A stretch of DNA of 64,000 nucleotides from an uncultured Gemmatimonadales bacterium (GCA_963730185.1 CAVSQW010000006.1:32001-96000); one strand, 5' to 3'; shown: positions 18,699 to 30,305, numbered from the stretch's first letter. Notes: a model not told the origin generated them from the letters alone. Translations and numbers: made by a program.

Positions 18699-19202
18699 TC
18701 AGGAGCGCCTTGGGCGCGAGAGCCGGGGGAGCCAGCGCGGGACGGTGTCCCGATACTCGCGATACGGCCGCCCGAACCGGCGCTCGAGCCCGGGCTCCTC
18801 CACCAGCAGGAAGTAGACGTGGTTGAGCAGGAAGAAGGTCCCGGCCCAGACGCCTAACGTCGTCGACCGCCAGACCAGCGCCTCACCGATCAGGACGGCC
18901 AGCACGCTGGTGATCATCGGGTTCCGGACCCAACGGTAGGGTCCCACCGCCACCAGGCGGCGGGTGGGGTCCCAGGGCGCCAGCGTGCCCCGCCCCACCC
19001 TGGCGAAGAGCGCCACGCACCAGGCAAAGAGGCCCAACCCGAGGATCAGCAGGACCAGCCCGGCCAGGCGGACCGCCTCCCAGCCGAGCGGGCCCCCGGG
19101 CAGGAGCCGGGCGTCGTCACCCAGCAGCAGGCGAGGGACCACGATCGTCACCATGACCGGCAGGAGCACGATCGCGAACAGGTGCCGGAGGACCGTCATC
19201 AC
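18699..19202 (-). CDS. Isoprenylcysteine carboxyl methyltransferase/PEMT family membrane protein
   Basis: GRGTLAPWDP, LVAVGPYRWVRNPM, EEPGLERRFG, VPRW. Confidence 0.9.
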   Translation of the reverse strand: MMTVLRHLFAIVLLPVMVTIVVPRLLLGDDARLLPGGPLGWEAVRLAGLVLLILGLGLFAWCVALFARVGRGTLAPWDPTRRLVAVGPYRWVRNPMITSVLAVLIGEALVWRSTTLGVWAGTFFLLNHVYFLLVEEPGLERRFGRPYREYRDTVPRWLPRLSRPRRS

Positions 19203-19217
19203 GCCGAAGCGCCGGCC

Positions 19218-19979
19218 TCAGATGCCGTTGTACCAGGCCCATCCGTGCTGGATGTTGCCCTCCTCGCCGCCGTCGTCCCAGGTGTCGGTGACCTCGACCC
19301 GGGCCAGGAACTTCATGCTCTTGTAGCCGATCTGGTTTTCGACCCGGAGCCGGAGCGGCCCGCCGTGGGGAACGGGCAGGTCGCGTCCGTTCATGCCGTA
19401 GGCGAGGATGGTCTGGGGGTGGAAGGCGTCGATCAGGTCGATGCTGTCGACCCAGCCGTCGTAGGCGCTGTATTTCACGTATCGGGCGGTGGGGAGAATC
19501 CCGGCGGCTTGCAGCACCGTCCGGAGCGGGACTCCGGTCCACTGGCCGATGGCCGACCACCCCTCCTCGCAGGTGTGCCGCGTGATCTGGGTCCGCGCCG
19601 GAAGGGCCTTGAGCTCGGCCAGCGAGAACGACCGCGGCCGCGCCACCCGGCCCTCGACCACCAGCCGCCAATCCGCGAAGCCGCCCGCCCGAAGCCGGCG
19701 GTAGGTCTCCGCCAGCGGTTCGTCCAGCAGACCGGGATCGTACGTGCCGGTCGCCGGGAACGGGCTCAGGTCGGCGACCGAGTACTCCTTCACCAGCGCC
19801 TGGCGCGGCAGCAGAATCCGGTGGGCGGCGTAGGTGAGATCGTCACCCATCCGGAGCAGGTTGCCGTAGGTCGGCGGCAGCATTCGCGGCGCCCGGAGGT
19901 ACGCGGCGACGCCCCCGGCCGCCGCGGCCAGCCCCGCCACGATCGCGTGACGGCGGGTGAACAGTCCGTCTCGGCTCAT
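19218..19979 (-). CDS. Molybdopterin-dependent oxidoreductase (sulfite oxidase/MsrP-like)
   Basis: TRRHAI leader; ITRHTCEEGWS (Mo-ligand Cys); HPQTILAY; HGGPLRL; GYKSMK. Confidence 0.9.
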   Translation of the reverse strand: MSRDGLFTRRHAIVAGLAAAAGGVAAYLRAPRMLPPTYGNLLRMGDDLTYAAHRILLPRQALVKEYSVADLSPFPATGTYDPGLLDEPLAETYRRLRAGGFADWRLVVEGRVARPRSFSLAELKALPARTQITRHTCEEGWSAIGQWTGVPLRTVLQAAGILPTARYVKYSAYDGWVDSIDLIDAFHPQTILAYGMNGRDLPVPHGGPLRLRVENQIGYKSMKFLARVEVTDTWDDGGEEGNIQHGWAWYNGI

Positions 19980-20743
19980 CCTCTTCCTCCCACGGTCATC
20001 CCCCGGATCTGCGTCCGGAAGCCGGACAGCCCCACCATTGCCAAGTGCACGGCCACGAAGCCGAGCAGCAGCGCGAAGGCGAAAAAATGAATCGTCCGGG
20101 CGTACTGGTGCCCGCGGAAGATGGCCAGGATCCAGGGCCACCCGGCCGTGACCGCCGGGGCCATCGCCAGGCCGGACAAGATGATCACCGGCGCCAGGAC
20201 GAAGATCACGACGGTGTAGGCCAGCTTCTGGAGCGAGCCGTAGGCCGGCCCGCCCTGGGCCGGCGCGATCCGGAGCCGGAGGTGGTCGGCCAGCTCTCGC
20301 TTCATCACCGGGGCCGCGAGATCGGCGGCCCGGGGAACCACGTGGCGCCGGAAGTGCCCCGCCACGAGACCCAGCACCAGATACATGAGGCCCGGCAGGA
20401 CCAGCAGCCAGCCGGCCAGGAAGTGGAAGCTCCGAGCCCAGCCGTTCTGGTTCCAGGGCTCGCGGGTGCGGCTCGCCGTGACGACCGAGGCCGACAGGCC
20501 GGGAAAGGTCTCGCGGGCGGTGTAGGCGTCGGCGGGGTAGTCGGGCGCGATCGGAAAGGTGATTAGCGCCGGGGTGAGGTCGTTGCCGACCGGGCCCCAG
20601 TACAGGCGTGGGTGGACCCGCAGAATCCAGACCCCGCTCCCCGCGAGCGCGAGGACCGTCAGAGCCGTGATCCAGTGGGTAACCCGGACCCAGCGGGCGT
20701 GCGCCGGAACGTCGGCCCGGCGGCCGGCGGTTGCTGAGGTCAA
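19976..20743 (-). CDS. Cytochrome b/b6 domain membrane subunit
   Basis: GAGGAG then TTG at 20743; HARWVRVTHW, RSFHF, YGSLQKLAY, ARTIHFF, VAVHL; ATGA overlap with the oxidoreductase. Confidence 0.88.
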   Translation of the reverse strand: MTSATAGRRADVPAHARWVRVTHWITALTVLALAGSGVWILRVHPRLYWGPVGNDLTPALITFPIAPDYPADAYTARETFPGLSASVVTASRTREPWNQNGWARSFHFLAGWLLVLPGLMYLVLGLVAGHFRRHVVPRAADLAAPVMKRELADHLRLRIAPAQGGPAYGSLQKLAYTVVIFVLAPVIILSGLAMAPAVTAGWPWILAIFRGHQYARTIHFFAFALLLGFVAVHLAMVGLSGFRTQIRGMTVGGRG

Positions 20744-20855
20744 CGGCGGATCTCCTCGGGGAAAGGGCCGCGCCCGCTCGGGCAATGGGGTATGCTACCG
20801 CCGTCCTCATGGGAATGCCACATCCGGCCCGCGACGAGGCGCGCCCGCGTCCGCC

Positions 20856-21935
20856 TCAGCTGTCACCGTGGAACTTCTTCTTCGCCGCGGCCGGCGCCGC
20901 CGGCGGCTTGGGCATCTTCTCCGGCTCGAGCCAGTTGGTGATCACCATCGAGAGATACTCCGCCCGGATCGCCTTGGCCGCCGGGCTGGTGGCCACCGCG
21001 CGGGGCCAGAGTCGAAGCCGGTCCAGGCCCGCCATCGAGGTCATCGCGGTGCTCTTCTCGTACCCGGAAATGAAGTCCGGCGTCGTGTAGACCAGGGTCA
21101 CGCTGTCCGCCCGCTCGCTCCCCGGCACCGAGCTGGCCAGGTCGGCCTCCAGCTTGTTGAGGTAGCTCATCTCGAACCGGTACGAGGTGGCCACCGAGAG
21201 CGGGGTGAAGGTCCCCAGCTTCCGGATGGCCGCCTCGGCCGCGCGGCGAATGTTGGCCCGGGCGGCCGCCTCGGGCAGGAGGTTGGCGTGGGCCCGGCCG
21301 TCCGCCGCCTTGACCACGGCGTACTCCACCTTGGGGAACTCCTCCGCGATCTGGGCCCGGAGCACGTCGTCGCCCGAGACCATGATCACCGGAATCCCGT
21401 AGCGCGCCGCCGAGCGGGCCACGATCGACGTCTCCGTCAGCCAGACGCCGTTGACCCGATAGGCGGGCTCCACCGTGACGGTGTGCGCCATGAACCCCGG
21501 CGTGGCCGCCCGGGCGTGCATCCCGATGCAGACGATCGCCTGGTAGCTCGAGTCCGGCGCCTCGACGTAGGGATCGAAGGGGTGGTCCTTGAAGAGGAAG
21601 GTGGCCCGCTTGTCCATCCGGTCGAGCAGGATGTCGGGCTCCTCGGAGTTGCCGCTCCCGTGGGCGTCGGTCACCACGATTTCGCCCGCGCCGCCCGCGA
21701 CCAGGCCCGCGATGGCGGCGTTGACGTCGCCCGTCAGGAGCTCGCGGGAATGGGGATACGCCGGCTGGCCGAAGAGCACCTGGCGGGGCCGGCTGATCCC
21801 CGAGATCCCCTCCATGTCGTAGTAGACCAGCACCTTGGGGCCGGCCCGGTGGCCCGGGAGGGAATCCGAGGGCGCTGGGCCGGCAGGCCCCCCGCCAACG
21901 GCGAGCGCGACGAGACTGAGAGCGACGAACGACAT
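20856..21935 (-). CDS. M55 family D-aminopeptidase (DppA-like), secreted
   Basis: YDMEG, DAHGSG, GMHARA, MAHT, VSGDD; signal peptide. Confidence 0.9.
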   Translation of the reverse strand: MSFVALSLVALAVGGGPAGPAPSDSLPGHRAGPKVLVYYDMEGISGISRPRQVLFGQPAYPHSRELLTGDVNAAIAGLVAGGAGEIVVTDAHGSGNSEEPDILLDRMDKRATFLFKDHPFDPYVEAPDSSYQAIVCIGMHARAATPGFMAHTVTVEPAYRVNGVWLTETSIVARSAARYGIPVIMVSGDDVLRAQIAEEFPKVEYAVVKAADGRAHANLLPEAAARANIRRAAEAAIRKLGTFTPLSVATSYRFEMSYLNKLEADLASSVPGSERADSVTLVYTTPDFISGYEKSTAMTSMAGLDRLRLWPRAVATSPAAKAIRAEYLSMVITNWLEPEKMPKPPAAPAAAKKKFHGDS

Positions 21936-22115
21936 CGGAACCTCGCTGGACGTGGTTGAGGGAGCGGACCGACCCGGAAGATATCGCTGGAGCCCGGTCC
22001 CGTCGCCGAGACCGGCGGGCTCCCCGACGCAACCGGACGGCCCTTCGAGTCATCCTATCTGGTGCCGAAGGCCCCCGTCCGCCATCATTGGAACCGTCCC
22101 CGGGAGAGATCGCTC

Positions 22116-23564
22116 ATGGCATCAGTCGTGTTCCGCGCCGCGCTGGCCCTGACCCTCGTACCGCCGGCCCTGGCGGCGCAGACCGCCTCGCCCGCCGCCC
22201 GCCGAGCCCACGAGCTGGTGAGCCTGATCGACCAGGCGACGCCGGCCGCGATCGAGGCCTACGTCGACAGCGCGTTCGGCGGCCGGATGCGTGAGATGCC
22301 GATGGAAGCGCACCAGAACTTCTTCATGGGTCAGCACGACCAGACCGGCGGCCTCGAATGGATCGAGGCCCGGAACGCCACGCCGACCGCGGCCACCGCG
22401 GTGGTCAAGAGCCGCCTGACCGGCGAGATCATGGCGATCGGGGTCCAGGTCGACGCCCAGAGCCCCTACCGGATCGCCGGGATCGGCCGGCAGCCCCCGC
22501 CGCCCGACCTGGCGGCGAAGGCGGTGGTCACGAGCGACGCCGACCTGGCAACCCAGCTGGCCCGGTACGTCGACCAGCTCGCCGCCGCCGACGTGTTCTC
22601 GGGGGCGGTGCTGGTGGCGCACGGAGGCAAGGTGGTCTTCGAGAAGGCGTACGGCGTCGCCAACAAGGACTTCAACGCCCCCAACACGCTCGAGACCAAG
22701 TTCAACCTCGGTTCGATGAACAAGATGTTCACCAGCGTGGCCATCGCCCAGCTGGTCGAGCAAGGGAAAGTCTCCTACGACGATCCGCTCTCGAAATACC
22801 TCCCGGGCTTCCCCAACCCCGAGGCGGCCAGGAAGATCAAGATCAAGCACCTGCTGAGCCACACCTCGGGGTTGGGCAGCTACTTCAATGAGAAGTTCGA
22901 CCGGTCGTCGCGGGCGCTCTTCAAGACTGTCGATCAGATGCTGACCCTGGCCGAAGGCGACTCGCTGGCCTTCGAGCCGGGCACCCGATGGTCCTACAGC
23001 AACACCGGGATGCTGGTGCTCGGCAAGGTGATCGAGGTGGCGAGCGGGGAGAGCTACTTCGACTACATCCGGGAGCACGTCTACGGCCCGGCCGGGATGA
23101 CCCACTCCGACTCGTATCTGCTGGACGAGGTCAATCCCAACCTGGCGGTGGGCTACGAGAAGGAGCACGAGCCCGACGGCCGGGTGCGCTACCACAACAA
23201 CCTCTACATGCACGTGATCCGGGGCGGTCCCGCGGGCGGGGGCTACTCGACCGTGGGCGACCTGCTCCGGTTCGCCGAGGCGCTCACGGCCGGCCGGCTG
23301 GTGAGCCCGGCCTCCTATCAACTGCTCACCAGCCCCAAGCCCGAGCTCAGCTCGCCGAGCTACGGCTACGGCTTCGGGGTGGACTCGGAGACCGGGATCG
23401 TGGGACACAGCGGCGGCTTCCCGGGCATCAGCTCGAATCTCGACATCTTCAAGGGCACGGGCTGGGTCGCGGCGGTTCAGTCCAACTACAGCGGGGGGGC
23501 GCAGCCGGTGGTGCAGAAGATCCGGGAGCTGGTTCGGGCCCGGGGCACCGGCCCCACGCCCTGA
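22116..23564 (+). CDS. Secreted serine hydrolase, beta-lactamase family
   Basis: Signal peptide; FNLGSMNK, LLSHTSG, YSN, GHSGG. Confidence 0.92.
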   Translation: MASVVFRAALALTLVPPALAAQTASPAARRAHELVSLIDQATPAAIEAYVDSAFGGRMREMPMEAHQNFFMGQHDQTGGLEWIEARNATPTAATAVVKSRLTGEIMAIGVQVDAQSPYRIAGIGRQPPPPDLAAKAVVTSDADLATQLARYVDQLAAADVFSGAVLVAHGGKVVFEKAYGVANKDFNAPNTLETKFNLGSMNKMFTSVAIAQLVEQGKVSYDDPLSKYLPGFPNPEAARKIKIKHLLSHTSGLGSYFNEKFDRSSRALFKTVDQMLTLAEGDSLAFEPGTRWSYSNTGMLVLGKVIEVASGESYFDYIREHVYGPAGMTHSDSYLLDEVNPNLAVGYEKEHEPDGRVRYHNNLYMHVIRGGPAGGGYSTVGDLLRFAEALTAGRLVSPASYQLLTSPKPELSSPSYGYGFGVDSETGIVGHSGGFPGISSNLDIFKGTGWVAAVQSNYSGGAQPVVQKIRELVRARGTGPTP

Positions 23565-23681
23565 GGGTTCGCGCGCCCGATCGGCGGCATCGGGCAGATT
23601 CGCGGTCGGTGGGGGCGGCCAGTAGATTTTCGGCTGGCCGGTAACGGCCTCCGTCCTTCCTTCTCGCATCGGGATCTGCCC

Positions 23682-26600
23682 GTGTCCATCATATCGTCCC
23701 GCGCCGCCTTCGCCCTGCTGGTCGCCGGTCTGGTCGCCACCCCGGCCAGGGCCCAGCTCGCCACGCCGATCGACACCACCGCCCTTCAAGCCCTCCATTG
23801 GCGCCTGATCGGCCCGTTCCGCTCCGGTCGCTCCGTGGCCGTGGCCGGCTCGGCCGAGCGGCCGCTCGAGTACTACGCCGGCACTACCGGCGGTGGGGTG
23901 ATGAAGACCACCAACGGTGGCTACACCTGGAAGCCGGTCACCGACAAGTACTTCGGCGGCACGATCGGGGGAATCGCGGTCTACCAGCCCAACCCCGACA
24001 TCGTCTACGTCGGGACCGGCGAGTACACCCTCCGCGGCAACGCCTCTTACGGCGACGGGGTCTTCAAGACCACCGACGGCGGCCAGACCTGGGACACCCT
24101 CGGCCTGGCCGAGACCCGGCAGATCTCCCGGGTCATCGTCCATCCCTGGAACCCCGAGATCGTCTACGTCGCGGCCCTCGGTCACGAGAGCGGTCCCAAC
24201 CCGGAGCGCGGCGTCTACCGCTCCCGGGACGGCGGCAAGACCTGGGACAAGATCCTCTTCGTGAACGACTCGGTCGGCGCCACCGACCTCCAGATCGACC
24301 CGACCGACCCGAACGTCCTCTACGCCTCCACCTGGCGGGTGGTCCGCACACCCTGGGACATCGTGAGCGGCGGCCCCGGAAGCGGGATCTACAAGACCAC
24401 CGACGGCGGCGACCACTGGACCGAGATCACCCACCACCCGGGGCTCCCCAGCGGCGTCATCGGCAACGTGGGCCTCGCGGTCTCCCCAGCGAATCACCGG
24501 CTGATCTGGGCGATGATCGAGTCGGACTCGGGCGGGCTCTTCCGCTCCGACGACGCCGGCGCCACCTGGACTCGGGTCAACGACTCGAACAACAAGACCA
24601 TCGACGGGATGGGCCCCCACTGGCGCCCGTTCTACTTCTCCAAGGTCTTCGCCGATCCGATCGACACCAACACCTTGTACCTGCCCAATGGCGTCCTCTT
24701 CCGGAGCACCGACGGCGGCAAGCACTTCAAGGAAGTGCAGGGCTACGACGATCTCTGGGACACCCACGCCCTCTGGATCGCGCCGAACGACCCGAACCGG
24801 ATGGCCGTCGCGGCCGACCAGGGCGCCCGGGTCACCTTCGACCAGGGGCAGACCTGGAGCACCACCGGCTACGCCACCGGCCAGTTCTACCACGTCATCG
24901 CCACCAACCACTTCCCCTACCGGGTCTGCGGCGCCCAGCAGGACAACGTGGCCCAATGCGGCCCGAGCCGCACCGACGGGATGTTCGACATCTCGGCCTG
25001 GTACTACCCGGGCGGCGGCGAGGCGGGCATCATCGCGGTGGACCCCCAGAACCCGGACCTGACCTACGCCGCCGGCGAGAAGCTCGATCACGGCCGCGGG
25101 ATCGGAACCCGGATGATCGAGGCCTGGGAGCGGGCGGCGCCGCCGATGACCGCCCAGTACCGCTTCAACTGGACCACTCCGATCATCGTCTCGCCCCACG
25201 ACCGGAACACCCTCTACGAGGGCGCCAACGTGCTCCTGAAGAGCACGGACGGCGGGCAAGAACTGGCGCGCCATCTCGCCCGACCTGACCCGGCACGACC
25301 CGAGCACGCTGGTCGTCGCCGGCCGGCCGATCACCATCGAGAACAGCGGGGCCGAGAACTACGCCACCATCTTTACGGTCGCGGAGTCGCCGGTGGCCAA
25401 GGGCGTGATCTGGGTCGGCTCCGACGACGGGATGGTCCACCTGACCCGGGACGGCGGGGCGCACTGGAAAGACGTGACCCCAAAGGTGCCGCCCTTCACC
25501 CGGATGTCGATCATCGACGCCTCGCCGCACGCGGCGGGCACCGCGTATCTGGCCGCCAACCGGCAAATGCTCGACGACTACACCCCGTACCTCTTCAAGA
25601 CCACCGACTACGGCGCCACCTGGACCGAGATCGACGCCGGGATCCCGAAAAACGAGTTCACCCACGTGATCCGGGAAGATCCGGTCCGCCGGGGGCTCCT
25701 CTACGCCGGGACCGAGCGGGGGGTCTGGTTCAGCCTCGACGACGGCGGCCACTGGCAGTCGCTCCGCCGGAACCTCCCGGAGGTGCCGGTGCACGACCTG
25801 GTGGTGAAGAACGCCGATCTGGCCATCGCCACCCACGGCCGGGCCCTCTGGATCATGGACGACGTCTCGCCCCTCCGGCAGCTCGCGGCCGGCACCCTGA
25901 GCGGGAAGGCCCACCTGTTCGACCCGGAAGACACCTACCGGATCTTCTGGCGCGGGCAGCAGCTGATCCAGAACCTCCCGACCGGCCAGGACCCCGCCAG
26001 CGGAGTGCCCGTCTACTACTGGCTGGCCGACTCGGCCCAGACCGTCACACTCGACGTCCGGGACGCGAGCGGCACCCTGGTCAACCACTTCACCAGCGAG
26101 CAGGACCCGGCCGCCCGGGCCGACAGCCTCAGACTGGACCGGCTCAAAGAGCAGCGGAACGACAGCCTCCGCAAAGCCGGCGTCACGGACTCGGCCACGC
26201 TGGCCAAGCCCTACGTCGAGCCGCCCAGCGACGAGCCCCGGAACCGGCTCGGCAGCCCGCCCCGGCTCCCGGCCAAGCGCGGCCTCAACGTGTTTCATTG
26301 GACCTTCCGCTACGCTGACGGGGTGGCCCTCCGGGACAGCTTGTATCGCCTCACCCGGGTCCGGGGACCGCTGGCGGTGCCGGGTCGCTACTCGGTTTCG
26401 CTCACGGCGGGCGGCCAGACCCAGAAGGCCTCGTTCACGCTGAAGGCCGACCCCCGGATCCCGGCGAGCGCCACGGACCTGTCGGCCCGCCTGGCCTACA
26501 CCCAGCAGCTCAACGCCGCCGTCACCGAGATGATCGAGGCCGCCAATCGGTCGTTCGCGCTCCGGGAACAGATCGACCAGCGCCTGGCGACCGATTCCAC

Positions 26601-26910
26601 CTCGAGCGCGGCTCCATCCCTCCGGGCGCTCCGGGACACGCTCCTGACCTACGGCAAGCGGATGCTGCCGCTCTTCTACGGGCACAATCAGTCTCCCGCG
26701 CCCTACACCTCCACCATCCTCGACGACCTGGCCCGGCTGGGCTACGGCGACACCGACGCCGGGCCCAATGCCGTCGAGCGGAACGCCGCGACGACCATGA
26801 CCGCCCTGGCGCGCCAGGAGGTGACCCGGCTGGACGGCGCGGTTCGAGCCCAGCTGGCCACCGCGAACGAGCGGCTCGAGGCGGCGGGCCAACCGCCCCT
26901 CACCTACTGA
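23682..26910 (+). CDS. Large secreted BNR/VPS10-type beta-propeller glycosyl hydrolase-like protein, frameshift at ~25256
   Basis: WRLIGPFRSGR; many [ST]xDGGxTW Asp boxes; removing one G in GGCGGGC restores DGGKNWRAISPDLT and joins the two ORFs. Confidence 0.9.
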
Positions 26911-26918
26911 GGACACTC

Positions 26919-27866
26919 ATGCCCACCTCGACGATTCCGCGTCTGGCCCTGGCCGCCCTGCTGGCGGGCCCGATCGCCTGCGCCAAGACGCCGCCGGCCG
27001 CCGCCCCCAGCCAGGAAACCGTCGTCATCGACAGCGTCGGCGGCCCCGAGGGCCCGCTGGTGGTCGACAGCGATCTCTACTACGTCGCCTGGACCGGGAA
27101 CGCCTTGTACAAATGGGACGGCAAGACCAGCACCGTGGTGAACGACGAGCCGGGATGCGGACACAACGGGGTGGCGCTCACCCCCGCGAAGACCCTGCTC
27201 GTCGCCTGCTCCGCCGACCCCGGCGCCATCATGGAGGTGGACCTGGCGGGGAAGAAGCTCCGGGAGTGGAAGGCCGACCGCGAGGGCACGCCCTTCGTCG
27301 GCGGGATCAACGACATCGCCGTGGCCGCCAACGGGGGCGCCTACGCCACCGTCTTCGGCCCTTTCGCCGAGCGGCCGACCAAGATCATCGGCAAGGTCCT
27401 CTATCTGGCGCCCGAGGCGATGAACTGGGTCGAGGTGGCGGGCGATCTCAACTACCCGAACGGCGTCGGGATCTCGCCCGACCAGCACACGCTCTACGTC
27501 GCCCAGACCGCCGGCAACAGCATTCTCTCGTTCACCATTTCCCCGGACGGCAGCCTGACCGACCGGTCCGACTTCGCCTTCCTGGCCCGGCTCACCCACG
27601 ACACCAGCGACTCGTGGTGGCTCGGGCCCGACAGCATGAAGCTCGACCCCAACGGCAACCTCTACGTCGCCCAGTGGTCCGCCGGCCGGGTGCTGAAGCT
27701 CTCGCCCGAGGGCGAGCTGCTCCATGTCTTCGACATCGCGGCCGGTCGGGGCACCACCAACGTGGCCTTCAGCGCGGACGGGCGGGACCTGTACGTGAGC
27801 GTGGTACGGGATCCAGACGATCCGAAGGCCATGGGCAGCATCGTGAAGGTCCCGAACGTGGAGTAG
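26919..27866 (+). CDS. SMP-30/gluconolactonase family lipoprotein
   Basis: Lipobox PIAC; GPEGP, IND, YPNGVGISPD, GPDSM, TNVAF. Confidence 0.9.
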   Translation: MPTSTIPRLALAALLAGPIACAKTPPAAAPSQETVVIDSVGGPEGPLVVDSDLYYVAWTGNALYKWDGKTSTVVNDEPGCGHNGVALTPAKTLLVACSADPGAIMEVDLAGKKLREWKADREGTPFVGGINDIAVAANGGAYATVFGPFAERPTKIIGKVLYLAPEAMNWVEVAGDLNYPNGVGISPDQHTLYVAQTAGNSILSFTISPDGSLTDRSDFAFLARLTHDTSDSWWLGPDSMKLDPNGNLYVAQWSAGRVLKLSPEGELLHVFDIAAGRGTTNVAFSADGRDLYVSVVRDPDDPKAMGSIVKVPNVE

Positions 27867-27887
27867 CGGCGGCGGGCCGGCCCCGGC

Positions 27888-30305
27888 TTACCCACTCGAC
27901 AGGGTCCGTCGGGGGTCGATCCGCATCGCCCGGAGCGCCGAGGGCACGGCGGCCAGCGTCGCGAGGCCGACCACCACCAGCCCGGCGCCGGCCAGCACCC
28001 CGATCGACCGCGCCTCCACCCCGAACAGGAAGGCCCGAAGCGCCCCGGCCACCATCCAGGCCCCACCCAGCCCGAGCGCCACGCCGGGCAGCGTCAGCCG
28101 CGCGACCTGCGCGAATACCGACCGGCCGAGCATCGCGGGCCGGGCGCCGAACACCAACCGGAGCGCCAGCTCCCGCTCCCGGCTCGCCACCAGCTGCCGC
28201 ATCACGCCGTAGCTGCCCAGCCCCACGATGGTCACCGCCACCAGGGCCAGCGCCGCCAGCACCGCGGCCCGGAGCCTCGGCAGCGCGTTGGCCTGCCGGC
28301 TCAGGGCGTCGAGCGTGGTGGTCCGGCTGGCCGCGACGATCGGATCGGCCGTCTGGAGCGCCCGGCGGATCGCGGCGAGCCCATCCTCCGGTGGGCCGGC
28401 CGTCTCCGCCACGATCGAGAGCCAGTTGACCGAGACCTGGCCGTAGGGGACGTACACCGCCGACCCGGGCGCTGCCGTGTAGCCGCCGTCCATCACGTCG
28501 CCCACCACGCCCACGATCTCGAACGGCTCCGGCGGGGCGCTCCCCGCCACCCGGTAGAGGCGCCGGCCCAGGGCGTCGCCGTCGGGGAAGTACTTGGCCG
28601 CGAGCGACGCGCTCACCAGCGCCACCCGGCTGGAGCTGGAGTCGTCGTGCGGGTCGAGATACCGCCCCTCCAGGAGCGGGATGCCGATGGTCTGGAGGTA
28701 GCGGGGCGAGACCCGCCGGAAATGAAAGAGCTGGGGCTCGCCGGAGATCGATCCGTCCGGCGCCGGCACCAGGAAGCGCCCGCCCCAGCCCGGATCGCCG
28801 ACCGGGAGAGTGTTGCTGAACCCGAAGCTCTCGAGCGCGGTCTCCCGCGCCAGGGCGGCCTCCAGGGCCACCGCGAACCTGACCCGGTCGGCATGGCTGG
28901 CGTAGGCCGAAGTCGGAAGCGTCACCCGAGCCACCACCCGGTGGGCGGACTCGAACCCGTCCGGCACCCCGGCCAGGTTCCGGAAGGTGAGCCCCACCAG
29001 CGCCGCCGCCGCGAGCACCACGATCGAGAGCGCCGCCTGCACTACCACCATTCCCCGCTGCCAGCGGAGCGCGCCGGCCGACAGGGTGGCCCCCCGCGAC
29101 GAGGAGCGGAGCGCGTCGACCAGGTCCGAGCGCCGCCCGAACCAGATCGGCAGCGTTCCGGCCGCCAGCGCGGCCGCCACCGCGATCGCACCGGACACCG
29201 CCAGGACCCCGGCGTCGAGCCGGACGTGGACGAAGAAGGACCCGAGCTCGGGCCCGAGATCGAGCCGGCGGATCGCCCCGATCGCGACCGCCGCCAGACC
29301 CAGCCCCACCGCCAGACCGGCGCCCACCACCAGAGCGCTCTGGGAGAGCAGGAGCCCGACCACCCGCCCGCCTTCGGCGCCCAGCGCCTGCCGGACGGCC
29401 AGCTCGCGCTTCCGCTCGAAGCCCCACGCCACCAGCACCGACGCCAGGTTCAGCACCGCAAGGAGGAGGAGCACCACCGCGCCGGCCTGGATCAGGAGCA
29501 CCGTGGCGTCCGCTCCGCTCAGGAGAAGCTCGCGCAGGTTCTGGATCACGTAGCGGTAGTCGCGGTTGTCCTTCCGGTTCGCCTCCCGGGTCCGCTCCGT
29601 GAATCCCGCCAGGTCGGCCACCGCAGCCTCCCGGGTCCGGCCGTCGGCGAAGCGGCCGAAGATGGTCAGGATCCGGGCTCCGGTGATGCTGGCCCGCTGC
29701 GCGGCCGGCAGGTCGAACGGCTGCCAGACGTCGGTCGGTACCGGCTGCGCGAACCCCTCGGGCATCACCCCGATCACCGTGGTCGGCACGCCGTTCAGGG
29801 TGATCGCCCGGCCCACGGCGTCGGGATCGGCCCCGAGCGCGGTGCGCCAGAAGGTGTGACTCACCACCACCACCGGCGCGGGCGAGGGTCCCTCCTCCTG
29901 GGAGGTAAATCCCCGGCCGAGAACGGGCGAGACCCGGACCGTGGCGAAGAAGGTCGCCGTGGCCAACGTGGTCCGGAGCGATCGGATGCTGCCGTGATCG
30001 TCCCACGCCGCGATCCCCTGAGTGAAGCAGCTCACCTCGGCGAACGCGTGCTGAGTGGCCCGGAGCAGCTGGTAATTGGGATAGGCGTCGTTGAAGACCA
30101 CCGCCCCCTGCCCCGGGAGCTCCCGCTCCGGCGCAATCAGCACCAGCCGATCGGGCTCCGGCACCGCGAAGCCCGAGAAGAGGAAGGCCCGGACCACCGA
30201 GAACGCGGTGGTGTTGGCGCCCAGGGCAAAGCCCATGGTGAGCACGGCCACCAGGGCGACCGCCTTCCGGCGGCCCAGGAATCGAAGGTTCACGGCCAGC
30301 GACAT
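27888..30305 (-). CDS. Duplicated orphan ABC permease (ADOP-like, 2x MacB-PCD/FtsX)
   Basis: ALGANTTAFS, LGRGF, IGVMPEGF, RELAVRQALGA, Q-ALS, RELALRLVFGA, RAMRIDP. Confidence 0.92.
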   Translation of the reverse strand: MSLAVNLRFLGRRKAVALVAVLTMGFALGANTTAFSVVRAFLFSGFAVPEPDRLVLIAPERELPGQGAVVFNDAYPNYQLLRATQHAFAEVSCFTQGIAAWDDHGSIRSLRTTLATATFFATVRVSPVLGRGFTSQEEGPSPAPVVVVSHTFWRTALGADPDAVGRAITLNGVPTTVIGVMPEGFAQPVPTDVWQPFDLPAAQRASITGARILTIFGRFADGRTREAAVADLAGFTERTREANRKDNRDYRYVIQNLRELLLSGADATVLLIQAGAVVLLLLAVLNLASVLVAWGFERKRELAVRQALGAEGGRVVGLLLSQSALVVGAGLAVGLGLAAVAIGAIRRLDLGPELGSFFVHVRLDAGVLAVSGAIAVAAALAAGTLPIWFGRRSDLVDALRSSSRGATLSAGALRWQRGMVVVQAALSIVVLAAAALVGLTFRNLAGVPDGFESAHRVVARVTLPTSAYASHADRVRFAVALEAALARETALESFGFSNTLPVGDPGWGGRFLVPAPDGSISGEPQLFHFRRVSPRYLQTIGIPLLEGRYLDPHDDSSSSRVALVSASLAAKYFPDGDALGRRLYRVAGSAPPEPFEIVGVVGDVMDGGYTAAPGSAVYVPYGQVSVNWLSIVAETAGPPEDGLAAIRRALQTADPIVAASRTTTLDALSRQANALPRLRAAVLAALALVAVTIVGLGSYGVMRQLVASRERELALRLVFGARPAMLGRSVFAQVARLTLPGVALGLGGAWMVAGALRAFLFGVEARSIGVLAGAGLVVVGLATLAAVPSALRAMRIDPRRTLSSG

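Noticed and set aside
11098..23564. Beta-lactam resistance genes
   Set aside because: SxxK serine hydrolases of the broad peptidase/esterase family; nothing specific to true beta-lactamases.
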